A DNA stretch of 62,335 nt, the filler included, from Dimorphilus gyrociliatus (lineage: Eukaryota > Animalia > Annelida), in NCBI GenBank assembly GCA_904063045.1. It is 4 parts of 4 records of this genome, joined end to end, with 100 filler letters (N's around TTAATTAATTAA, not from the genome) between each part and the next. Parts side by side here need not be neighbours in the genome. Positions count along the whole stretch, not along the records: positions 27,263 to 44,459 come from CAJFCJ010000218.1; positions 44,560 to 62,335 come from CAJFCJ010000214.1; 2 more parts are not named here. The stretch is one strand, 5' to 3'. The notes under the pieces are model-generated. The model was not told the DNA's origin. It worked only from the letters and a program-made list of their open reading frames with translations, and ran no database searches. Of the stretch, positions 39,100 through 51,369 are shown in pieces. How positions within the stretch are numbered: the stretch's first letter is position 1; each line of letters starts with the position of its first letter. The translations under genes and the position numbers were made by a program.

Positions 39100-39600
39100 T
39101 GCTGTTTTTTCCAATAGATCAAATGCTGTTATTTGACCAAATTTTTATTCCTCCCATATGTCAAAAATTTTCTTTTGTTTTGTTATTGTCATTTGCTTTT
39201 GATATTTTCTTAATTTCTTTTCAGTTGGAAGTTTTTGAAAAACTGGAATCAAAGAAACTTCACGTTTCAAGCTATCAACTAATAAGTAGAAGCAAGAATT
39301 AGGCAAAGTTTTTTCATTAAATCTCCTGTGCCATGCTTCAACATCATTATTTGTGCGAATACTCATTCCAAAAAAAGACCAGCTTTCTGGCGTCCAAATA
39401 GAATTTCTAATCCAGGTATTTTCTATATATTCATACAAATCTTTATATACATTTTTCTTGAAAGCTTCTTTTAAAGATGAAAAAATATGGGGTATTACTT
39501 CAGAATGAAGAAAAGGAAGAGCCAATAAATTTCTCATTATATTTTTAGAGGTCAGCTTAGTTTTATATTCAGTTGCATATCCCAAATTCTAAAAACATGA
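39100..39600 (-). mobile_element. C-terminal half of a second MULE transposase, tail-to-tail with the first
   Basis: LLALPFL, YIENTWI...WSFFGMSIRTNNDVEAWHRRFN. Confidence 0.85.
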
Positions 39601-40559
39601 AATGATTATATAATAATTGTATACAATACTGTTGAATAGTGAATATAATCTAAACTTAGAACTTAAGCATAATTCATATTTAATTCAACTGCTTTTGGTT
39701 CTAAATCATAAATGTATAGATTAATAAATTGTATTAATAATGCTAGGCTGCAACTAGCAATATTCTGTATATAATTTAATAGGTTTTATTGCCTTCCATT
39801 GTATATACACTGCCATACATGAAACTAGGTCATACTTCTTATCTTTATCAGTGCTATCTGCATAGTACAATGCTCGTTCAATAATACTTATCTATTGTAG
39901 AGTATAGCTGACAAATGTATGTGTACAAGAGATGTGATTTTGAATGCATGACAAGCTCAATGTATAGGAGAAACATTGAAACATATGCTGCTACACAGCA
40001 GAACTGCCTTATCAATATCTGACAATAAGTAAAATAGAACAACTTAGACATATAACTTTTTAAAGTTCATTGTTCTTTTACCAGTTTGATAGCAAATCCA
40101 TCTTTAATAGAAAGTTCTGCAATTCCCCTTTCATAAGATAAAAGTCATTATAAAATTTATCATTTTAATTAAAATGAAATAAAAGGGTTTCAAAAAGTTC
40201 CTTTTAGATCTGAGGTTGAATAGTGCGTATTAACATTTATTTTCAAGAAATTAGAATGATAGTACTTTAAGAAGAATTCTATTATGTGAGAAGTATACTT
40301 TTTACCAGAACAGATGAAGCTGCTGTGGATTGGTAAAGAGAACATTGAAAAGATGCTTGTCAAAATTGCTACAAATGCAAGGAAAAATGTTTGGAAGACA
40401 TCATATAGAAAAATGCCCAGAATGGCACCATTTGATAATGATTCATAAGAAATGTATTAAATGTATTAAATTCAATTTTATAACAAACAGTATTATTCCA
40501 TATGATAATTGCATTAAATAGGAAATGATCTCTTTCTTTGCAACATTTGACAAGACATA

Positions 40560-41215
40560 TCCAAGAAAACATGTTTGGTCACATTACAACATCTGTCTAT
40601 CAGCCAAATTAAAAGAATGGACTCTGTATTCGAAAAAGAAGTTAAGATAACAGATGAACAAGCATACAATGATGCTATCACTGGCAATGGCGTTGTTAAT
40701 AATGGTTCAGATATTGAAAAAATGGAAAACAAAATGATGAAAACATCACACAAGTTGTGGAAGATAATTATGGTATTGTTGAAAACTATTTATACAGAAG
40801 TAACGATTGGGTATAACATTAAAATAACAACAGAAAATCTTTCACAAAATTCACATAATGTGATGGAAACTTCTTTCCAAATTTCTCCAACATCAAAAAA
40901 GTGGATATGGAATCAATTTTCAAAGTTTTAAAAGGAATGAGTCAAAAAGGCAAAGATCTTTTACCTTATGATGGTTATATATTTACAATAAAGATGAAAG
41001 GATTAACAAAAACATTCTGGATATGGAGTGTAAGGAAGAAGAATCAGAAGTATTAAAACATCACTGTGACTCTGAAGATGCTATTCCATCAATGGATAAC
41101 TGGGCAAGATTAGCAAATTGGACAAAAAGGAGATTTCATCCAGCAGAGCCAACAGATGTCCACTCAAATTTTGATTTATCATTTATACCTGATAATTTTT
41201 CTAGGTATTTCATTG
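40560..41215 (+). mobile_element. MULE N-terminal remnant (FLYWCH-like and pre-catalytic region)
   Basis: SQKGKDLLPYDGYIF...TFWIW. 41040-41200 is near-identical to 38065-38225. Confidence 0.65.
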
Positions 41216-41551
41216 AATCTGTCAATGGTTTTTCTCATGCTTTCCATTTATATATTTTAGATAGAAAAATGTAAAAAATTATAATGTCAACATTTTAGAT
41301 GCATTCATTGGTTGATAAAATAAAAAAGTGTAAGAATTTAGCAGAATGAATCCATAAAAGTTGTCATTTTTTGGGGTATTTTCTATCAGAAGGTGATATT
41401 ATTTTTCTTTTGTTTTCATTTGATTAAAAGTAGATGATCAAGGATAGAGATACAATGGGGAACATTGGTAGTTACATTCGCATTGACTTTTAGTTAGACC
41501 ACCATTTCCAGGACCTAATTAAAATACATGTTTATTCAAATGTAATATGTG

Positions 41552-42242
41552 TCATATAAAAAAGTGATAAAACTCACATGATCTAATTAAATTAATATTG
41601 TGGCCAGTCTTAATAATGTTAGTCATACCACACTGAAGATAGGCATTTCTTATACAATACCAATGAGAACAAGTGTTACTTTTTTGACAATTACAAGCAG
41701 CCAATTCACATAGACATTCTGAAAATAGATTTTTATGGTTAATATTTCTAGATGTTTGTTTAAAAAAGTTACTAGTGCTGCAATATTTGTCAGAGAATCT
41801 CTTTAAACCTGCCAAACTGATATGTCTACATGATGGAGAATTCTTAACTGACTTCATACAATTGTAAAGAGTTTTATATATTTGGCACATTTTCTTAGCA
41901 TTAAAGATTCCATTTAGTTTTGAAATGGAAATTCTTGCTTGATTCTTGCAGGAAATTACTCTGTTTTGGCAATATTGAGTCCATATTCCTCTACCAGCAG
42001 TTCCATCTTTACCATTAGATTCAATTGTAGTTACATTAAAAATAATATCCAATTCCTTCTCCTCAACTCTATCACCATCATAATTAATATGATCATTTGG
42101 TTGAGAACTTTTACCACCTTCTACTCCAACTGTTTAAAAGATAAAATTATTTATTAATCAATTCAAATATTAAAAAATCAAAAACTTTACAAGTTGAAAT
42201 AGTCAGCAGAGTAAAACAAACAAAATAGAGCAATTTTCTCAT
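41552..42242 (-). CDS. Small secreted Cys-rich protein of unknown family (about 209 aa, 2 exons)
   Basis: MRKLLYFVCFTLLTIST signal peptide at 42242, a phase-1 GT-AG intron, then an open exon with about 13 Cys. Confidence 0.6.
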
Positions 42243-43383
42243 AATTCTTTTCAAACAGTTCAAACTTTTGCCTTGAAATGTGATTATTTTTTTTTACAAG
42301 ATCAAGCAATTTATATACCATTTTGTTCCTTTTCTAAGGTGTATTTGCACTTAAAAAAATTGCAATTAGGCAGTTTTCCTTTTTTTTATTCACAAATTCA
42401 GCACTAAATTTTGTCAAAACACCTATATTTTTTTAAAAATAATACTTCCGGTTTGAAATGAAACGTGACAAGAATTTTAAGCAGGGGTGTGTCAAAGCTT
42501 AATAGTCATAACAAGTACAAAAATAGCACATTAACCAAACACGAATAATGTTATTAAATGTTAACATTCCATCCTTCTGGTTTTTTTTTTCACTACCAAG
42601 CTATAGAAACTATGTAAGAATTGTTTATGGGTTTGTTGAAAATGAGAACAGGGAAGGTTCTCTCTAGGAGGAACTTCTCATATGTGCAATATATGATATG
42701 AAAGTAGCTGCTTACTTCCTGTTGGCAATATTTAAAACCTCATTTCCATAATTTGATATTATGAAATTTCCTACCAAGGTATTTGATTTATTAAAGACAA
42801 AGATAGTGAGTATTATTGTTAATAGAACTCATAAATAAAACAAGATAAGTTCAGATCAAATATAAAATCCATAAATAGTTTTTTGTCAAATATTGAAAGT
42901 AGGCCTATTTTTGGTTTATATCATGAGTAGTAAGTGTTCTTGTACTGTTTGGATATAAACTACTGGCCATTAGTCATTAGTCTTTAGGTATTTTTCTGTT
43001 CTGGCTACTGTACGACAACTAGCCCCATCCTGCTGGAAAATTTTCCCAGTATTGTAACTATGAACAATGCTGTTGCTCAATACCTCAATATAAGCTTAAG
43101 GAAATATTTCTCCTGTAGTAACTATGAGAATTCTATAGGCTAAATCTGGAGTTGTGTTCAGAATTATATTATTGAAAATTATTGACAATTTTAATTCTTA
43201 AAAAGTTAAGCCAATAGGAATAGTTATATGATATTTTTTGTGAATATTTCATTTATTATGTATATATTTAACATATTCTTTGAACCCATGATAATCAAAT
43301 GAAATACCTAATTAGCATGTTGAGGTAAGTAGTTTTTCTAGTTTTTCATTATCATCTGTGCAATTCGTGTCTATTTGTTACAG

Positions 43384-43634
43384 GAATATAGGTTTAATTG
43401 CACCAGCTGGTTCCATAGTCTCTTTAGCCTATGATATGGCTAAATGGTTAGCAATGATTTTGAACAAAGGCATTGCCTTGAATTGCAGAAGAATTCTACC
43501 TGAAGAAACTATTGAACATTTATTTACCAGCGAAATACCCTTTAATGACATAGTAACTAATCTTTTAGGCAATAAACCACAATTAGGCAGAAGGACAAGT
43601 TATGGATTTGGCTACTGGAAAGGATATCAATCTG
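43384..43634 (+). pseudogene. Isolated exon of a serine beta-lactamase-family (gigasin-6/AmpC-like) gene
   Basis: IAPAGSIVSLAYDMAKWLAMILNKG...YGFGYW family motif, flanked by ttacag acceptor and GT donor. Other exons are missing or decayed. Confidence 0.6.
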
Positions 43635-43899
43635 GTATTGAATACAAAATATACTGGTAGGTATGAAAATTGGCCCTATGGATCTATAATAGATCCACCA
43701 ATATTCAAAAGATCTTTAGGTGCAGAACCACTGGTTGATCATCAAAAGTGTATTGGTCAATGAATTAGACTGGTTCCTATCTAGGTCTTAAAGATACAAA
43801 GATAAAAAATAAGATAAGAAAACAATTGTACAACTTTGGTTATATTTTACATGCTTGAACTCTATTATTTTATGCAACATATACATGTACATCTTAAAA

Positions 43900-44459
43900 C
43901 CTACGCAAGAAAATGCTATAACATTGGCCAAACATAAGTCTGATTAGTCAGCTTGAAGGCTCATCTTTAATTACCAATAAAGGTTTGGCCAAGTTATAAT
44001 TTAATTAACTTGCCTAGGGTGTGGCCAAGTTATAATTCAATTAACCTTCCTAAATGTTGAACCTTGTAACATCCTGTTACTAAAGATAAATATGAACTAC
44101 ACATTTCGGCAACTGTAAAGTGATGATTGGATGTCAGAGACAAACCTCAAAGTATATAAATTCTCATTATTCTCATTTGGCATGCAGCTTCCATCTGGAC
44201 CCAAGGACCTGGGAAAATCATCTGGAAACAACCTCCACTGGAACCATCCATCTACTCCTCAACATTGGAAGACAGTTTGGTAATTTGGCAACCTGCTATT
44301 ACAAACTATCTACTCTGCTATTGAACTCTCATATTGTTACTTGCTTAAGTATTATTATTGCGAATAAACCGTTTTAATTTAAACATTTGTTTAAAGGTTC
44401 GAGTAGAACCAGTATTGTTATAACTTGCAAACGCATAGATTTTGCCAGCAGAGCAGTAA
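43900..44459 (+). repeat. LTR-like dispersed repeat with a short internal tandem repeat, shared with contig D
   Basis: 44035-44160 aligns by eye with 51245-51369. ggccaagttataattYaattaac occurs twice. AATAAA followed by ..AAACA at 44385. Confidence 0.45.
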
Positions 44460-44559
44460 NNNNNNNNNNNNNNNNNNNNNNNNNNNNNNNNNNNNNNNNN
44501 NNNTTAATTAATTAANNNNNNNNNNNNNNNNNNNNNNNNNNNNNNNNNNNNNNNNNNNN
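44460..44559. other. Artificial contig-joining spacer
   Basis: N44-TTAATTAATTAA-N44. Confidence 0.97.
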
Positions 44560-44925
44560 TATGTACGTAATAACTTTTTTCCTGAAGATTTCCTAACAAA
44601 TACCAGTTTCTGTCAAAAAATTATTTATTTCTTACAATTTTTTTATTATTAATATCCATCTATTTAATTTTTATTTAAATTAATTTTTTTATTCATGTAC
44701 ATTTTCTGTCAGTTTATGGATGTTTTCTGTCTGTTTATGAACATTTTCTGTCACATCCATTCAGTAAATGAGTTCTAATTTAAGAAAGCAGTTTAGTCTA
44801 CATTTAGAAAATGGATGCTAACAAGCAAGCATTGGAAAAATATTTCCTTTTTAGGATACAGATAAAAAATGCATTCCAACATTCAAAAGAAAATTTTCAT
44901 AAGAGTTTCAAAATTGTGATATTTG

Positions 44926-47900
44926 TTAGGATTTCAATTCTTTGAATATTTGATCAAATGCATTACCAACATGTTCATTAGATAGGAAGATAATGTTGTG
45001 TATATATGAATTTTTTTAAAAAAACTTTCTCAAAGAAATACTTTGTTCTTCATTTAGATTACAATCACTGACATCAATTTTTTCCATTGTTTGAAGATGA
45101 TTTTAGTTCCTCAAATATTTCATCAAATGATTTACCAATATGATCATTGAGTGACAAGTTGATATTGTGTATATATGAACACTTGTTAAGCAATTTTGCT
45201 AAAGAATTACCCTGCTGTTCATTTAGATTACACCCATGCACATCAATTTCTTCTAATGTGTTTGAAGATGATTTCAGTTCTTCAAATATTTTAGCAAATG
45301 ATTCAGCAATATCAAAATTGAATGACAATTTGATGGTGTGTATAAATGAACACTTTTTTAGAAACTTTCCCAAAGAATTACCATGTTCTTCTTTTAGATT
45401 ACAATTACTGATATCAATATCTTCCAGTGTGTTTGAGGATGATTCCAAGCCCTCAAATATTGCTTGATGTAATAATTTGCACAAATTTCTGTTATTTGAT
45501 AAATTGATGCTTCTTATATAACAACACTTTTGAAGCAACTTTCGAAAAGATTCAGTATGTCCCATATTTAAACTACAGTGGGAGACATCAATTTTTTTTA
45601 ATGTATTTGAAGAAGATTGTAGTCCCTCACATATTCCTGCAAGTCTTGCAAACAGTTCTGGATTTTTAGAGAAGTTAACATTGACTAATCTATGACAGTT
45701 ATTCAGTAAATCTGCCAACACAACTGCTTGATTCGTATTAAGAACACAATTTTTTACATTTAGATTAAGCAAAGAGTTTTTTGATGATTTTATGCCAAGA
45801 CAAATATTTTTAAATCCATTTTTTGTTAGCCGATTGTTTAATAAATTCAATGTAATAAGATTTTTACAATTTTTCAAGAGTTCTCCCAGAGATTCAGCTT
45901 GTGTTCCACTTAAATTGCAGGAATCAAAAGTTACATGTTTTAAATTTAGTAGAGGATTATGATTTAAATTATGAAGTAGGGCTGAAATAAATGTCATGCT
46001 ATGCATATTTCTTAAATTAATATCATTTATAGAGGAGAGTAGATTAATTATTTCCATTAGGCTATTGAAATCAGATGTTGATGTTACTTTCAGGTATGAA
46101 AGATTTAATATTTTTATAGAATTAAAATGTTCAACTCTAAATTTAATTATTAGGTCAATTATTCTTTTAGCATCACAGTAATATCCTGTTAAGTGTAATG
46201 ATTTTATTTCCAAAAACTCACTTTTAATTAGTTGATTGAAAAGTGTGAGTAATATTTCATTTGAAGATAGATATTTTATACTACAAAACCATAATACTTT
46301 ATTTTTGTTGTTTGAATATGTAATTGTAAGAAAACTGCTTCCTTTTACTTTTAGAGCAATTTTATCTTTTAAAAACTGCCCATTAAGTTCTTTTTCTTCT
46401 AAAGTTGAGTGAAAATTTTGATTTGATATTAATTTATGATAATTTGATAAGAAATCATGATCTACATTCATAATTTCACAATTGTAAGTCTCAAACTTTT
46501 TCAAATGTTTCTTTCTTTGTTTGTCTTTTATCATTAAAAAGAAACTGTCTCTACCTTGTATTCCAAACTTCTTATTTGCAATAACCAATTTTCTTAAATG
46601 AATTAAACTGGTAATAAATTTAATTTTTTTTTCTGTAAAATAGTTTTTAACATTGAGTGATTCATCAATAAATTCTGTGATAAACTTGGAAGAATAAATT
46701 ATTGTTATTTGAGAAAAATACCGAAACAAATTGCCAGTAATGTTTGCTCTACAACTAAATTTTGGTAAAATAGGCTCACGTTTTACAGATATCAATTTGT
46801 TTCCAATTTGTATTTTCTTTAAATCTGTTGAAATTGTTAATTTAAAAACATCCTCCAATAAAAAGTCTTCTTCAAGTAATATCCAATTATCACTATTTTC
46901 TTGATCTGTCACTTCAATAGTTTTCAATTTTGTACAATATTCACAACAGTAATCAAATAAAATATTCAAATCAACAGATGTCTCTACTAGTATAATATTT
47001 TCCAAAGATTTACCAAATTTATAAAAAATAATGTTGAGAATGTCATTGTTTAACCTTTCTTTCTTTAAATCCAATATATTTACTTCTTCTAAACCTTTTT
47101 CTAAAAGTTTTCTTATATTATCACTGAAGTTGAGCATTCTTCTAGCAATTTTAGAATGCAGTAGAATTTTTTCAAAGAAATATATATGTTTTTGTTTTAC
47201 AAAATTCATTACATTAAAAACATTAATATTGTTCAGTCTTTCAAAAATCTCATTGATGCCATACTTCTTTGGTGTGAAAATGTTAGATAAGAAATTTATT
47301 TTTGATTTTTTCTCCATTCTTTCAATTTTACCAATTAAATATTTGGCTGCAAGAAACTCTTGAAAAGATAAATGATAAAACTGTATTTCAACTTTATTTG
47401 TTGTCAATGGAATAATTTGAATTAAACTTTTAAAATTTGACAAAATAAACTCAATTTGATTTTTATCATATGTCAAAATAACTTTACTTTCTGATAGGCT
47501 TATAAGGCAAATTTCATAAAATTTTTGTAGCTCATAATCATTACTGATTGCAATGCATCCGTGTTTTTCTTGTGCAATATCAATTAAATGATTGATATTC
47601 CTCTTTCCTTCCATACCTGAAATAATATCATAGCTAACAATGGAATATGGCATAGACTTTTAATTTGTTCACTTTTTCTGACAACACTTTCCAGAAATTG
47701 AAAACTCTTTTCAATATCATTATCATAAAAACATTTTTGAAAAAAAGATTCCATTTGAGTGGTATTCCATCCTGTTAATTCAAATGATATATCACATTTA
47801 CATTTTAATTCTTTTGCTCTCCATTTACGAGACCATATTGCAGTTTGAATATTGCATTGAGAATTTTCTAAATAATTATATAGAGGGTGATTTTTTTGAT

Positions 47901-48705
47901 AAAACTCATCAGCTCCATCAAGAAAAAAGACAACATCTTTTCGCTTTTCAACAAAAATTGATTTCACTATGTTTTCAGTCATATATGGAATATTTTTAAA
48001 ATTTTGTTGGATGATTTCTTGAAAGATATTTGTATCTTTATTAACCTTTCTTAAAATGATGTATATGCATAGTTTTTCAGAATCAACATCCCATTTTTCA
48101 TTTGCCCATTTGTAGAGAAGATATTTAACATGTACAGTTTTCCCCATACCAGGTTCTCCTTGTATTAAAATCTTATTAAATCCTTTATAAAATATTCTAT
48201 AGAAGTTTTCATAGTCATATTCTGTTTCCTGTAATTCAGTATCAGTTATATCAGTATTCCGTACTTCAGATATTTCAATAGAGGTTATAATATCTGAAAT
48301 TTTTACTTCTTTTCTTGCAAAAGGAAGTAAGGGAATTGTTGTAAATTCATTTTTTCTTTGTATTTTAGTATCAAAAATTAATTTTTGCCATATTGCCTCT
48401 GTATTAGTCAAATATAGAGCAAATTCTTGACACTTCAAAATTTGAATATCATGGAAAATTGTACAAATTTCTTTAAAATCCATCAGTGACAGAATCTGTA
48501 AAATTGAAGATATTGCTAAACATTTTTGCTTACCATCATATTGATTTTGTAGTGTACTCTTCTGATCATTATCTATCACATCAAGTGATACTAGTTTTGT
48601 TGAAAATCTATCAAAGAATGATTGTATTTTAAGTTTTTCTTCTATATCATCCTTGTAGTAACTAAGGCATAATTTCTCTGCAGTATTGTGTTTATTTAAA
48701 TTCAT
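44926..48705 (-). CDS. NLR-type gene (CARD/death-fold-like, NACHT, LRR), intronless, with two frameshifts (possible pseudogene)
   Basis: Walker A GEPGMGKT, Walker B FFLDGADE, CHIPLL, FYHLSFQEFLAAKY, and RI-like LRRs. Frame breaks at about 47590 and 45080; one more LRR pair continues in the shifted frame to TAA at 44926. Confidence 0.85.
44930..45930 (-). repeat. Tandem coding repeats of about 168 bp (56 aa, paired 28-aa LRRs)
   Basis: Repeated L.SSSNTLE.ID.S.CNL....G.SL.KLL.KC..I..INLS.N units; the youngest units are highly similar at DNA level. Confidence 0.85.
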
Positions 48706-48959
48706 ATTTATTTTAAATAATTCTGTGTGAAGGGCACCTGAAACAATTTTTGTAAAGAGTATGGCCTGTGTTATTAGATATATATCAGTATTGAAAATAA
48801 CAAAAACTGCTTTGTAATTTACCAGAATATCACAACAGCAATTGAACCCAATGATTTAAATTTTCAACTTGATTTAACTTTTGTGCTATTTGAATTTTTA
48901 AAGAAACATATTTAATCAAACAATGAAAGAATATTAGTTTTTGTAAGTGATTATCAGTT

Positions 48960-49140
48960 AAAACTCTTGTCGACTGCAAAGATATGGTACATGGATGGTA
49001 CTTTCAAAAATGCAAAAGATCCATTTTTCAAATGTTTTCAATAGCTTCTTGAAGAAAAATGGAGAGTTGAAGCAGGTGCCATTGCTTTTTTCATTCCTAA
49101 GCTCAAAAAAGAAAAGAGTTTATAAATTACTTTTCAATGT
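48960..49140 (+). mobile_element. Short MULE transposase fragment
   Basis: AKIWYMDGTFKNAKDPF and a gagttgaagcaggtgcca segment also seen at about 62133. Confidence 0.7.
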
Positions 49141-49159
49141 TAGTTACTTTTGATTATAA

Positions 49160-50062
49160 ACTAAAGCAAAATGTCAAAACAGATGGAATGGAACATATCG
49201 TAATATTGATAATTGTAGGCAATATTTTCATTGCCATAATAGTGTTACATTGCCTCAACAATGTCCTGATGGATATTTTTTTGACACCAGACAAAAATGA
49301 TCATGACTGCATCATGAAAATGTGCGTTCCATTGGAAGAAGCTAAATGTTCACAAGTTAATGGATATGCTAGCTGGTCAGATTGGAGTCAATGTGAACAT
49401 ATTGAGGTGAAGGTATCAGAACTCGTTTTCGAAGTTGCACAAATCCTCCTCCTTTATATGGTGGATCAGATTGTCCTGGAAACCTAGTTGATACTATCAT
49501 CACCTGTCTCAATCCACTATGCGATATTGATTCAAATCCTTCATTCACAGTATTCATGACAAAATCTTTAAATGCAGGACGTGATACATTAAAATGCCAT
49601 ACTATTAATTATAATAATGGAGATATGTTCAATGCCACAGCAAATTCATTAGTTATCAAAGAAACTGGCCACTATTTTATTACTTTAACTGCAACAACTA
49701 GTGGTATTGGAGGTATTGAGTTTATAGAAGCATATTATAGGTACTCACTTCTTAAAAGAGATAATACACCATCAAATAATGGAATTGGAGATACATTCAC
49801 ACATTCAAAACTATACCTTCTAAGGTCTCTATCAAATTTCGGTGTAAGATCCCAAAAAAGTGATAGTGGTTTTATTAGTTCTGACTATGGGATGGAAACA
49901 TCATGGAGTGGTTTCAAATATGATACTAGCAATGCTTTATCAGTAAGGTTTGGGAGAGGGTTAATTACTGGATCCAATTTAATTCTAAACATAGATAGAA
50001 TTGAATTCATCAGAGGCTTTTCTGTTACTGATATCTGCGATTTTTGGAATAATACCTTCTAG
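49160..50062 (+). pseudogene. Chitin-binding CBM14-like, TSP1 and C1q/TNF-like gene fragment with frameshifts
   Basis: NCRQYFHCHNSVTLPQQCPDGYFFD (CBM14), WSDWSQC..RTRFRSCTNPPPLYGGSDCPG (TSP1), NNGDMFNATANSLVIKETGHYFITLTA (C1q-like). No introns seen. Confidence 0.65.
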
Positions 50063-50099
50063 CTACTATGGAACGTGGAGTTCAATACTGGTGCCAGAG

Positions 50100-51200
50100 T
50101 CTAAGGCTGCCAAACAGCCGTCTTCACATACCACTGTTTACTTTAAAACTCCATAGATGGACCGATTTCGTCCAAATTTAACACAATTGATCAGTTCATC
50201 AAGATCTGATGAACTTTGTAAAATTTCATTACAATCAAAACAAGTAAATATTTCAACTTTTGTCAGGGGTTAACTTGCTTTACTGACTAACAAGTAGGTG
50301 ATTTGTAGCAAAATTTGGTAGGATTGAACAAGTATCTATCATAAGATATAGTAAGGCTCTCAAGAGTCAGTCTGATGGCAATCTAACCAGGCACTTTTCC
50401 TTCTCACTTGAAAAAGTGGAAATATTCCCAAAATAATGTGAGATGTTAGAGAACATGAAACGTAGAATTGCCGCAATTCAAATTCTCTTAATATTTGTTG
50501 AGTCTTTGAATTTGTGGTGATCTCTTGAAACTTTTGTGGAAGTTGTTCCCCTTTTATCTAAACTTAGAACTTAGTGTCTAGTTCAACATTATATAAACTT
50601 AACCCTAGCACTAGTTTGAAATTCAGTGACAGCTCAGCCTATGGTCTGTTATTTTAGATAGTAGTTCCTAATACCTACACCAATCCAAAAACAAGCTTAT
50701 AGTGTGAGTGCAATTGGGGAACTGCCAGTCCTTAAAACTTGTACTAATCCCTAACCTTAAGACCTTATTATTGACCCTCAAATATGAAAGTAGAAACTTT
50801 TTTGGATTAATTTGTCTTTTTTTAACAAACCATTGTTAAATTCTTTTTTTAGATAAGTTAATTAAGCATTCCTATAGTCATTCAATCCTTCAATTGTATG
50901 AATTACAGTCTTTGAAAATTTTCTTCAATTGTTATGGTTGAACAGATATATCTGTATGTTTTTGGCTTATATCCTTTCAAGATTGTGGAAGCTGATCTAT
51001 AATTTGGTACATTGAAACTTTTATAACAATTGTAATCTCCATTAATAGACAATTTTCCATGGAATTAGTAAGTTGTGAAAGCAGCTTAAGCAATTAATTC
51101 TGGATTTAAAAATAGAAAATAAGCAAATGATTGTATTATTTTCATGTCTTAAAACACTGAAGTTCAGCTGAACTTCTGTACTCTGTGACATTGTGATTAT
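50100..51200 (-). pseudogene. Highly decayed LRR/NLR-like remnant interrupted by an AACCCT-rich element
   Basis: Short pieces resembling the NLR LRRs (KDSTNIKRI; LKKIFKDCNS..INLSKKRI); many stops. Confidence 0.3.
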
Positions 51201-51369
51201 TGGAATTTCATCTTTACCAATATCACTTAAAATTAATGTAAAACAACAATTAACCTTCCTAAAAAAACTTGACTACATTACATCCTGTCGCTAAAGATAG
51301 TGATGAAATAGACAAATTACCAACTGTAAAGCCATGATTGTATGTTAGAGACAAATTTTAAGGTATATA

